Shown: positions 1 through 15,362, counted from the first letter of the stretch. The stretch is 64,000 nt of DNA from the human T2T-CHM13v2.0 reference genome, Homo sapiens (GCF_009914755.1 NC_060928.1), one strand, 5' to 3'. Numbers and translations are program-made. Notes: generated by a model from the sequence alone, not told the origin.

Positions 1-114
1 GGAAGGAGGATTAGAGCAGTCTATACAAATCTTGATTACATTTTTCTGTACCTTATATCCTGATACCGGCAAGCTAATCGATATTACAGGTCCATATCAT
101 GAGCATTCTCATAG

Positions 115-318
<204 letters not shown>

Positions 319-425
319 TAATGGAAACTTTGGTAAATACTAATTTAAATATGAAATCATTGTGAGTTTCTAAAGATATTTTCCTATTAAGTCTGATTGT
401 AACCTCTTTTCCAAAACAAAGGTCA

Positions 426-728
426 GTTTTTGTTTGTTTTTTGAGACGCCCGGGGTCGCCCTCTCTTACCCAGGCTGGAGTGCAGTGGTGCAATCATAGC
501 TCACTGTAACCTTGACCACCTGGGCTCAGGCAATCCTCCCATCTCAGCCTCCCAAGTAGGTGGGACCATAGTTGCGTGCCACCACACTGGGCTAATTTTT
601 GTAATTATTTGTAGAGACGGTGGTCTCCCTATATTGCCCTGGCTGGTCTTGAACTCCTGGGCTCAAGCAAACCTCGGCTTTGGCTCCCAAAGTGTTGAGA
701 TTACAGGTGTGAGCCACTGTGCCCAGCC
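426..728 (-). mobile_element. Alu (AluJ-like)
   Basis: Antisense Alu consensus. Confidence 0.9.
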
Positions 729-1591
729 TCAATGTTTTGCTTTTACTAAAGCACTCTAGTGCTTAGAAACAGAGCTAATCAGTTCAAGTCACAGTTTGCT
801 ATTTTGTTATTTTATACTTGGTTTCAAGCATTTATTGAATACCCACATTCAGCTGTAGCCTTTTTGAGTATATATATTCACAAGTCCTTATCTTATGGAA
901 GTCTATAACCTTAATAGCCAAACACGGTGGAAGGTTAAACCTTCAAAAGTTGTTTAATGTCATTTCCAAAGTACTTGATTTTTTTTCAAAGGTATGTGAA
1001 TACCTTTTCTGGCATTTTACCAGGGGAAGGAGGCTTAGCAATCTGAAGCTTGAAAGTATTGGAATGTGAAAGTGAAATGAACCACAGGATGATTCTAAAG
1101 TGGAAAAGAGAAGTTGATGTGGCACTTTGCTCCACTTAGTCTAGAATTTTTCAAAAATATGTTATTTTTTCTAAAAGCTTTCTGAATGATGCATAATGAG
1201 CAGTTCTTTTCTCCAGGGGAATAACGTTTATAATTTCACCCAATTTTTTTGGCAAAGATAGAAGTTCTATTTTTAAAATGATTTTAAAGCATAGTCCCTT
1301 TTTTAAGATTAAAATGTATTTGAAGGTACTGTCAATCTCTCAATCTTTATTCTAAGCTTGATTTCTTAATTTGATCTTGTTGACTTTTTTACTAGTGACT
1401 CAGACCTTATTGCATTATATTTATTGTGTTATAAAGCAATTATATACTTAAAATTATAATAAGATTTGTTCTTGTCTAAGGATAATTCAGCTTCTAAATT
1501 GAATATGAGTATATTGTATCAAACAATAAGAGTACAGAGACTTTTAGACATTCATGAGCAAAAAAAGATTTTTTAATACGAGAGAATTTAA

Positions 1592-1875
<284 letters not shown>

Positions 1876-2189
1876 AAGAGTTTACTTTAAATTGGTTCCT
1901 GAAAAAAGAGCTGGAAAAGAATTAGGGTACGAGAATCTGACAGCATGGATGTACACTGTATCTTATCATTATATTTGTATTTTAGAGGTAGTTTTTGTCA
2001 TTGGATTAGTTAATTTAACAAATACTTGGATGTCTACTGTTCATCAGATACTGTTCTGACTACTGGAAATGCAGCCCTAACAAACCAAGTCCTTGCCTTA
2101 TTAGAATGTACATTAATGTGGGGAAAGTAAACAGCAAACATGTAATGTGGATATTTAATAGATAGTGAATAATAACACTGTTTGACCTA

Positions 2190-2665
2190 GAATGGTGGTT
2201 TTGAAACATTTAAAAATCAGTGAAAGTCTTTCCTTTTTTTTTTTTTTGAGACAGAGTCTCGCTCTGTCACCCAGGCTGGAGTGCAGTGGTGCGATCTCCG
2301 CTCACTGCAAGCTCTGCCTCCTGGGTTCATGCCATTCTCCAGCCTCAGCCTCCTGAGTAGCTGAGACTACAGGTGCCCTCCACCACGCCCGGCTAATTTT
2401 TTGTATTTTTAGTAGAGATGGGGTTTCACCATGTTAGCCAGGATGGTCTCGATCTCCTGACCTCATGATCCGCCCGCCTCGGCCTCCCAAAGTGCTGGAT
2501 TACAGGTGTGAGCCACCGTGCCCGGCCCAGTGAAACTGTTTCTTAACTTGGAAGTCCAGCAATATAAAACAGGTGAAATTAGAGTTAATCTGGTTAAGTG
2601 GCATGGGGTCTTGGAGCCTTGCCCCCACCTTCCCAGGGTTTGTCAGAGCACAGTTTGAAAACTGG
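2190..2665. mobile_element. MER103-like hAT relic split by an AluY
   Basis: gtggttttgaaac ... aatataaaacaggtgaaattagagttaatctggtt ... cacagtttgaaaactgg. Confidence 0.5.
2234..2527 (-). mobile_element. AluY-like
   Basis: Diagnostic gcaagctc..gccattctcc..ttagccaggatggtctcgatc; TSD cagtgaaa..tttc. Confidence 0.9.
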
Positions 2666-2880
2666 TCTTGATTTTAGATTGTTGAATAAGAATGAATATG
2701 AAAATGTGATTGGAACTAAATCTCTTAATAGTTGAGGTTTATAAATCCTCTTAATAGTTTGGGGATTTATGCCTACATCTGTGGTAGGAAGCAGTAGAGA
2801 ACAATTTATTAGAATGCATTTTATGGATGATTATCTATATATGTAAAAAGTCTAATAAGATTTTTACTTTTTTGCTCTAG

Positions 2881-3114
<234 letters not shown>

Positions 3115-3444
3115 TAATTTACAACCTGCTTATATCTGAATATTTCAGTAATTATTCCTAATGATAGAACCTAAAGTGGAGCCCCTTTTTTGGTAGTAGT
3201 CCAAGAGTCATGAGTGACTGGTAACTAGTAAATTGATTGTAGTGTAGATCCACAAAGTACTTAAAGGAATGTGTCTTGTCTCTGTGAGATCTGACGATGC
3301 TAACAAAAAGAGGATAAAGAACTAGCATTCAGAAGGCAGGAAAATATCAGGGGATCCAGAGATCCTATTGAAGGCAGAGATAACCAATGTGCTTAAAGAC
3401 TTGTATTGTCCTTTCAGCCTTTATACAAAATTTTTTTCTTTTCT

Positions 3445-4033
3445 CTTGTTTTGTTTTTTTAAGAGACAGGGTGTTGCTGTGTTGCCCAGACTGGCCTTAA
3501 ATTTCTCTGCTTATGCAGTCCTCCTGCCTCAGCCTCCTGAGTAGCTGGGACTACAGGCACATACCATCATGTGCCTGGCACCCACATCTTTTCTCTTTAT
3601 CATGGCTCACTGCAGCCTCATCCTGCTGGGCTCAGGTGCAGCCTCATCCTGCTGGGCTCAGGTGATCCTCCCACCTCAGCCTCCTGAGTAGCTGGGACTA
3701 TAGGCACATACCATCATGCGCCTGGCACCCACATCCTTTCTGTTCTTTTCTTTTTTTTGAGACAGGGTCTCGTGCCCAGGCTGGAGTATAGGGATGCAAT
3801 CATGGCTCACTGCAGCCTTGTCCTGCTGGGCTCAGGTGATCCTCCCACCTCAGCCTCCTGAGTAGCTTGTAATACAGGCATCACCACCACACCTAGCCAG
3901 CTTTTGTATTTTTAGTAGAGATGGAATTTCTCCATGTTGCCCAGGCTGGTCTCAAACTCCTGAGCTCAAGCAGTCTACCTGCCACAGCCCCCCAGAGTGT
4001 TGGGATTACAGGCATGAGCCACTGCACCCAGCT
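3445..4033 (-). mobile_element. FLAM + chimeric duplicate + AluJ cluster
   Basis: Antisense Alu monomers at 3445-3579 and 3600-3727, and a full Alu at 3745-4033. Confidence 0.85.
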
Positions 4034-4358
4034 AACCTGGCATCCTTTCTAAATTTTTACTTGAAGCCTTCTTCCTTAAAATGTTTATTCCTAAGTCTAC
4101 AGTTCAATACTGTTACTTTGACCACTGGCAAATTTAGGCCTCTAAAAGGCTTTTATACCACTCTCAGAAAGAAATATGTGCCCTTCATTTAACAAGGCTT
4201 TGCAAAATTCCCTGGCTTTTCTGTTTTAGATTCTCTGGGGCCTTTATTACAGGATTAAACTTTGCTAATTTTCATCATTAGAGTGAGTTTCATGGTGTAT
4301 ATGAAAAGAGATACTATAATGCAAATTCTAACCATTTTTCTGAATTGTATGTTTCTAG

Positions 4359-4541
<183 letters not shown>

Positions 4542-4780
4542 TGAGCTCTAGGAGCCAGGCATTGTGCTATTAGCTGTGGATATTATAGCACAGATTTTTC
4601 ATCTTCCAGGAGCTTATAGTAAACAGGTAATTTTAGTGTAATATAAAGCTGTTGAGATGACGGTAAGTTCAGGGAGCTCTAAGAGGATAGATGGATGCCT
4701 AACCCAGTTTAGAGGGATGGGAGGTGTTTCCAGGAAGAGGTTGCATGAAAGGCTTATAAAGTAATGGGTAAAACCACAGG

Positions 4781-4842
4781 TCTGGAATCAGACCTAATCC
4801 CAGCCTCTCTGCTAGTTTGCTGGGATTAGGTCTGATTCCAGA
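4781..4842. repeat. Perfect 24-bp inverted repeat, 14-nt loop
   Basis: TCTGGAATCAGACCTAATCCCAGC (4781-4804) and its exact reverse complement (4819-4842). Confidence 0.97.
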
Positions 4843-4874
4843 ACTTACCTCGGGTAAGTTCTTTACTTGCTCTT

Positions 4875-5177
4875 TCTCTTTCTTTTTTTTTGATAGAGGG
4901 TCTCACTCTGTTGCCCCAGCTGGAGTACAGTGTTGTGAACAGGGCTTACTGCAGCCTCGACCTCGTGGGCTCAGATAATCTTCCTGCCTCAGGCTTCTGA
5001 GTAGCTGGGACCACAGGTGCACACCACCACACCTGGCTAATTAAAAAAAATTTTTTTTGTAGAGATAGAGTCTCACCATGTTGCCTAGGCTGGTCTTGAA
5101 TTCCTGGGCTGAAGCAATCCTCTCTCTTTGGCCTCCCAAAGTGCTGGGATTACAGGTGTTAGCCGCTGTGCCTGGCC
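4875..5177 (-). mobile_element. Alu (AluJ-like)
   Basis: Antisense Alu; TSD aagttc(t/c)ttact. Confidence 0.9.
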
Positions 5178-6029
5178 AAGTTCCTTACTCTAAGCTCCAG
5201 TTTCTATAAAATGAGAATGACAAAAACTACCTCTTAGGTTGTTGTGAGGAGAAAACTAAGAAATTCATGTCAAGGACTTGGTACATAGTAAAGGTTAAGT
5301 AAATGGCAGCAGCTATGTTTACTTACTACACATTAGGTTTTCTTTTTTCTTATCACCTTTAAGTAAACCTGAGGGATGATGAGCAGCCAGCTAAACAAGG
5401 GTAGAGAGGGTTAATGGGAAAGGCATTCTAGAAAAAGCTTTAAGACTTATTTTTTAGAAATGTATTTGGCTTATGATTTTCTTGCTTCCCTACATTTATC
5501 TAGATAAAAAGAATTTCAGTAGGAATTCATCATTAACCTAACTTTTAAGATAAATTTTACTCAAAGTGGGCAGGAAGTTTGAAAGTTTTTAAAAGGCTTG
5601 TTCTTCCTTAGACATGCTGAAATAAATGTGACTAAAGGAGGATGTTATTTCCATATTTATGACTACTAGGTCTTAGTTATAAGTATTTTAAAGAACACTT
5701 GTAGGAAATCATGAAAATTTCATGCCAGCAACAAAAACATTAAGTGTTAGAATAAAAAGCAGATTTTCTTTGTGGTGATTTGTTTGTATTTTTGAAGCAA
5801 ACTAGGGTTACCTGTTACCTGTTTGTCACATGCTACTTAAATTTTTATTTCCTTCTCCAACAAATTGTTTACTATTAACTAGTAATCTTAGTAACAAAAA
5901 TGCCTTCTTAAATGGTCATATCTTCAAGGAAAGGACTTTTTTAAAACCGCTATCAATATTATGATTAATAGATTTGTTCTTTAAAATTTAAGACTGGGTA
6001 TTTAATCTGTGTGGTTAAGGAATCTGTCC

Positions 6030-6356
<327 letters not shown>

Positions 6357-6861
6357 TAATTTATTTAGAATTCAAAGAAAGAGTCTTAACAACTAAAAAA
6401 AAAAAATGAAAAAAAATTATTTATTGTATTTTATGTCATAAAAAGAATCTGGAAAAGTTCAGATAAAATTGCACTGTTACTGAATAAGCAGGATAGGTTT
6501 AAAATTTGGCCTCCATAATTAAATTCACCTTAATGAATATTTTTAGAAAAACGGCATTCTTTTTCAGAGTGTCACCTTGAAGACATGTGTTTATTCTTTT
6601 TTTAAATTTTCCCAAAATAGCTGCTATGCTCCTTGAAAGTCTAGGGGTAAGCATTTTTTATTTGCTATGTATTCTTTATGTGATTATTTAAAATTAGTGT
6701 ATAAAAATGGTTTTCTTGATAAATGTGGCTTATCTAAATTAGTGTTAAGTTTTCTTATTGTGTTTACATGACATATTTTTTGACAGTACTGCTGAGAAAT
6801 ATAAATATTAATCCCCTTGTTCTTGTACTTTCTTTTCTAACTATAGTTCTTAAAATTATAG

Positions 6862-7092
<231 letters not shown>

Positions 7093-7426
7093 TAAACTTT
7101 TGTTGCAGAAGTCTTGAAGCCACTTTCTCTGTCTGTCTTGGCAAACAGATGTAGTATTGACTCTCCTGGGCAGAATTCATCCTGTGTGGGATAGATTCTG
7201 ACTCATAGCAGGCTCCTAGATCAGTTCCTGTCCCCTAGGGAGGAATTTCCTAGGGGCAGGGCAAAGTCAGATATTGGAAATGTTATCTGCATAATGTGAG
7301 TAATTAAGGCTTCATTGTATAAATTATGTTAGGTGCTTATTTTGACATTATGTAACTCTTAGTGTAGTCTATAAATACACTAAACTCTTAATTTTTCCTG
7401 TGCTATAAAGGAGCAATGACGTAGAC

Positions 7427-7651
7427 CAGGGATGTCCAGTCTTTTGGCTTCCCTGGGCCACACTGGAAGAAGAATTGTCTTGGGCCACACATAAAAACAG
7501 TAACACTAATGACAGCTGATGAGCTTAAAAAAAAAAAGTATAAAAAAAAAATCTCATAATGTTTCAAGAAAGTTTACAAATTTTTGTTGGGCCACATTCA
7601 AAGCCATCCTGGGCAGCATGCGGCCTGCAGGCCACGGGTTGGATAAGCTTG
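7427..7651 (+). mobile_element. MER30 hAT-Charlie MITE
   Basis: CAGGGATGTCC...GGATAAGCTTG, with an 8-bp TSD ACGTAGAC / ATGTAGAT. Confidence 0.85.
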
Positions 7652-7668
7652 ATGTAGATTATCCAAAG

Positions 7669-7855
7669 CAGGGGCTCCCCATTGTGGGTCCCTGGACTGT
7701 CAGGGTCAGCATTACGTGAGAATTTGTTAAACATGCATCTTCTCAGACACTACGCTGGACCTTTTGGAACAGAAATTGCAAGTGGGTACTGGCAGGCTGG
7801 GTTTTAAGGTACCCTCCAGGTAATTCTGATGCATTCTGAAGTTTGAGAACCACTG
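7669..7855. mobile_element. MER5A-like hAT MITE
   Basis: Ends ..ccctccaggtaattctgatgcattctgaagtttgagaaccactg, a typical MER5A terminus. Confidence 0.75.
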
Positions 7856-8348
7856 GTTCAAAATGTTTTCTTATTTAGTTTTTGGAAACGAATCAAATAA
7901 TTTTCCAGATTCACTTTCTTAATTTACATATATATGTTTATAGTCTAGACTACTTCTATGCTGACATGAGGTGAGCCTGCTTAGAAATTTGCCTAGAAAT
8001 AGGGGGTTAATGCTTTTTCTTCCTAAAGTGAAGAAAAGCTCTTTGATTTTAATAACCTTGATTTAATAATTGTATCACCTCACAGGGTAGTTTTGAGGAT
8101 TACATGAATTATTACATACTAAGCACTTAAAACAATGTCGGCCCAGAGAAAATATTCAATAAATGTTAGCTCACATTTATGTTTGTTTTTTTTTTTTTAG
8201 TTTCTTTGTGTTAAATTGTGACCTTTAATATGCTACAGATAACCAGTGAAAGTCTCAAAAATCAGGAGATCACTAGAGTTTTCTCATTGATATTAAGCCA
8301 TGATGTCCATAGAAATGAAGTAACAGATTTTCTTGTTTGTTTTGAAAG

Positions 8349-8416
8349 ACAGGGGCAATGATAATTGGTTAGTCAGATACGAAAAGCAGAAATGTGAAAA
8401 GGAAATTGACCATAAG
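8349..8416 (+). CDS. PI4K2B: PI4K2B coding exon 6 (catalytic loop DRGNDN)
   Basis: Boundaries tgaaAG|ACAGGG and CATAAG|GTAAG; 68 nt, phase matches exon 5. Translates (D)RGNDNWLVRYEKQKCEKEIDHK. Confidence 0.95.
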
Positions 8417-8435
8417 GTAAGGAAATTTACAATTT

Positions 8436-8477
<42 letters not shown>

Positions 8478-8490
8478 TACACACACACAC
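8436..8490. repeat. Compound (TA)n(CA)n microsatellite
   Basis: Seen directly, 20 nt after the exon 6 donor. Confidence 0.95.
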
Positions 8491-8682
8491 GTGTATATAA
8501 TTGTGTATAACTTGTGAATATTATATATATATATATTCAATTTCTGTAAAAGATTCCTTTAAGTTATTCTTCACCATTTCCTCCCTCTTTCACTTAATCC
8601 TTGGTTTTTAAATCTACTGTCTCTGTTTTTCTCACACTTTTTATTTTTGTCACTTGTTTACGTTGCATTTCTTGATTCTTGA

Positions 8683-8818
8683 TTTTTTTTTTTTTTTTTT
8701 TAGGGGTGGGATTTTGCCGTGTTGGCCAGGCTGGTCTCGAACTTCTGGCCTCAAGCAATCCATCCGCCTTGGCCTCCCAAAGTGCTGGGATTACAGTCAT
8801 GTGCCACCACACCCAGCC
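8683..8818 (-). mobile_element. Alu monomer/FLAM
   Basis: Antisense left-arm sequence. Confidence 0.8.
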
Positions 8819-9829
8819 AGTTCTGTTTTTTCTTTTATTAATTGTTGGGCAGCTTTATTTTTTATTTCATATTAGAATAGAAGAATAATACCTGCCTAGT
8901 ACTTTTTTAGAGTTTGAGAAATATATGGAATCCCCATATTTTGCTTTTATGTAATAAAGGCTTCTGGGATTTTTGTTCACCATGTTTGTATTTTACTAAT
9001 TCACTTTCTTCTGAGTCCTTTCATTCAGTATTAGATAATACAATATTACCTAATAAATGGAACATGTGTGCTTAACCTGTGAATCTTGTCCACTGAACTT
9101 AAAAAAAGTATTAAATACTTTTGCTATTTATAAGAAGCTGGTTTTAACATATATAATAGACTGCATAGAGCCTCAACACTGATATGAGAGTTATAGATTT
9201 TAGAGTAATTGCTATCGACTTTGAGTACCAAGTTGAAGTTTTAGATATTTACATAAGATTTTTTTTATAAAATACTTTTACAAGTTTAAAACAGTTTGTA
9301 CATTTGGGAAAGTTTTAAGTGATTAAAAATATTTCTTCAATATTTATAATTTATGTTCTCAAGTAATGACTTAAAGCTGTTGCATCATTTTTAAAAGTTT
9401 GTGCTTTTAAATGTTTATCAAGGATATTTAAAAATACATATTCGTAGCACTTAGCAATAAAAAGGAACAAACGATACAATAGCGTGGATGAAACTTAAAA
9501 TTATGCTGAGTGAAAGAAGCTACACATAAAGGGAACATATTGTATGATTATATTTATATTTAAAAATTAGAAAATGCAAACTAGTTTCTAGTGACAGAAA
9601 ACAGACCAGTAGCTGGACTGCAGAGGGACACAAGGAAACTTTGGCGTGGAAGTTTCACATATGTCAAGGCTCATCACATTGTACTTGTTAATATAGGAAG
9701 TTAATTGTGTATAAATTATACCTTAATAAAGTTGTAAATAGTAAAGAATAGTAGAAATAATAATAAATGGCAGTTGTAGCAGAAATGGGCTTAAAATACA
9801 AACATAAATGCTCATATGTATAAGCTCCT

Positions 9830-10190
9830 GGGCTGGGCACAGTGGCTCATGCCTGTAATCACAGCACTTTGGGACGCCAAGGTGGGAGGATTGATTGAGT
9901 CCAGGAGTCTGAGACCCTGTGTCTACAAAGAATTAAAAAAAAATCTTTTTAAAGCGCCACTTAAGGATAAAAGACTTAAAGATAGTAGAAAAAGTAAAAT
10001 GAAATAAATTAGCCGGACATGGTGGCAGGCACCTGTGGTCCCAGCTATTCGGGAGGCTGAGGTGGGAGGATTGCTTGGGCACAGGAAGTCAATGCTGCAG
10101 TGAGTTGTGGTTGTGCCTCTGCACTCTAGCTTGGGTGACAGAGCAAGACCCTGTCTCAAAAAAATAAAAAAATTAAAGATAATTAAATAA
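9830..10190 (+). mobile_element. AluJ-like with expanded linker
   Basis: Sense Alu; TSD ATAAGCTCC. Confidence 0.85.
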
Positions 10191-10704
10191 CATAAGCTCC
10201 CCAAATTATTTTATTTGTATATCTTGAGCTGTTAGATTTTGCTGAAAATTCTTTTGCTCTAAGTATTTTGTGCACTTTCAATGAGGTGTAAGACATTTGA
10301 TATAAACTAAAAGAAATAAAGTTGGCGTACCTCACATCAGCCTTCACTGTAGTGCTTTTAAATTAAAAATTTTCTGTTTTACTTTTTGTTATTGTATCTA
10401 GGCCACTTAGTAATGGCCATCTATCTTTAATCAGAATACCCTTTTTTTTTCTTTAAAAAACACACACTTTTAACTTTATTCTGTTTTAATTTCTAAGTAA
10501 AGCAATTCCAAAAATACGAAGTTAACATCAGAGCCGTGTGAACCACCGTGGTAAAATAAAACAGATACTCACAATAATTACCTCTAAAGATAGTTGAGCT
10601 TGATAAATTACCTTCCGCAGAAATACTCTTTAACATGAAAACCCTCTTTCTCCTGAGATCTTTATTTCTGTTATGGAAGAATACAGAAGTTAGGAACGGC
10701 CTAC

Positions 10705-11052
10705 TGTATTAGTACATTCTCACACTGCTATGACGAAATACCCAAGGCTGGGTCATTTATAAAGAAAAGAGACTCACAATTCTGCATGGCTGGGGAGGCC
10801 TCAGGAAACTTACAATCATGGCAGAAGGCACCTCTTCACAGGGTGGCAGGAGAATGAGTGTAGGAGAAATGCCAGACGCTTGCAAAACCATCAAATCTCA
10901 TGAGAACTCACTCACTGTCACGAGAACAGCATGGCAGAAACTGCCCCCATGATCCGATTACCTCCACCTGGTCCCACCCTTGACACATAAGGATTACAGG
11001 GGATTACAATTCAAGATGAGATTTTGGGTGGGGACACAGCCAAAAAATAACA
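10705..11052 (-). mobile_element. THE1 (THE1C/D-like) MaLR solo LTR in PI4K2B intron 6
   Basis: TG...CA termini, THE1 motifs (ggcctcaggaaacttacaatcatggcagaagg; gggtggggacacagcc) and perfect 5-bp TSD CCTAC (10700-10704 / 11053-11057). Confidence 0.92.
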
Positions 11053-11566
11053 CCTACATTCAAGAATATCTTGAGGTTCCTTCTACTAGATCTTATATTT
11101 AATTATGGTCTTTGAAGGAGTTTCATTTAGAAACATTTTGTGTTTGATTTATTTCTTTGGGACCCTAAGAAAGACTAGGTCTTAATAAGGTGATTATTAA
11201 GGTGTTTAAAAAAATTAGTAATATTTTACATCATACATTTAAGCAATGAATCTAGCAGTAAATTATCTAGAACATCACTTTTTAAAGTCACAATATTTTC
11301 AAGCCTTTTAAAGAGAAAAAACTTGAAACCATTACTGAGTAATGGTATAATATGAAATTTTAAAAAATAGTGGTTAGGAAATACACTGTTTTTTCAGACA
11401 GTCTCTTCCATTCCTGTGTGAATTTGTACTTTTTCTGGTAACATTATTTTTATAGGCTCATCCGAGAGAATATGTTCTTAAACCTCAATAATTATTATAA
11501 ATAATTTATCCTTTGGGAATATTTATATAGGTTCTTTTATCAACATATCATTTTTCTACTCTATAG

Positions 11567-11716
<150 letters not shown>

Positions 11717-11849
11717 TGAGAAGGGAAAAAAATTTACAGATACCATAGCGGAGGAAAAAGTAGATGAAATATGATTATTCATTAAGGCTCAGTTTTAGGC
11801 ATTAGGGATGCAAATGTATACTACAGGGTCTTGCTATGAATTTTTTGCT

Positions 11850-14450
<2,601 letters not shown>

Positions 14451-15227
14451 TAAAGGGTTTAAAGGGTACATCTAGGAAATTTTACCAAACATGCAGTTGG
14501 GGATTAAAGGTTGGAGCTTGAAAAGGAATTGGTAGTGGGGATATAGTTTTTATTTCTTTTTCTTTTTCTTTCTTTTTTTTGGTTTTCTGGGATATGAGAG
14601 AGAGGAAATAGCTTTTAAACTGTCATCTTGTTGATGGAAGTCATGGTAGTGTTTGCTATTACTGAGGAAAATCACAGAGAACAAACACTATTGCCTAGCA
14701 CAATGCCAGGTACATAAGTATTCAGTGAATGTTTTATGAATGCTTAAATAAATAGAGAAGAGAAAGGACTAAGTGTGGAATCAGGGGTAACAGTGACATT
14801 GAAAGAGGGGAGGAAAAACTAGCAAAAGAGAGAAGGAGTAGCTTACAAGACAGAAGGTAAACTTAGAGTGGTATCTCCAACACCATAGAGGAGAGAATTT
14901 CATAAAGGAGATGATAGAAAACAGTGCTACATGCTACAGAGAGATTAGGTAGCATGACAACTGCAAGTGAGCCTTTGGACAGACCCTTGGGTCTGGTGAC
15001 TGGTGGCCTTAGGAGAGAGTGTTTAGATAGTAGTACTAGAAGTTGAGTGTTGGGATTAAATGTAGAGGCAGATGAAAAATAAGGGCCTTTCTTCTATGAA
15101 ATTATTCAGGGAAAACTAAAAAGAAAATTGGACATATCTACAAGGAGATGTGAGCCAGGAGAAATGCTTTCTTTAGAATGAAAAGTGACCTTCCTACTGT
15201 GTGCAATGAGATAGATCAAGAAGTGAG

Positions 15228-15362
15228 AGCCAGGCGCTGAGGCGCACTCCTGTAGTCCTAGCTACTTGGGAGGCTGAGGCGAGAGAATTGCTTGAGCCCA
15301 GGAGATTGAGGCTATAGCGAACTATGATTGTGCCACTGCACCCTAGCCTGAGTGACTGAGGA
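15228..15362 (+). mobile_element. FLAM monomer
   Basis: gccaggcgctgaggcgcactcctgtagtcctagctact.. Confidence 0.75.

Larger units (their letters stand above)
4760..5310 (+). mobile_element. MIR SINE split by an AluJ
   Basis: tctggaatcagac..aatcccagc..tctgc / ..cagtttctataaaatgagaatgac..cctcttaggttgttgtgagga. Confidence 0.65.
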
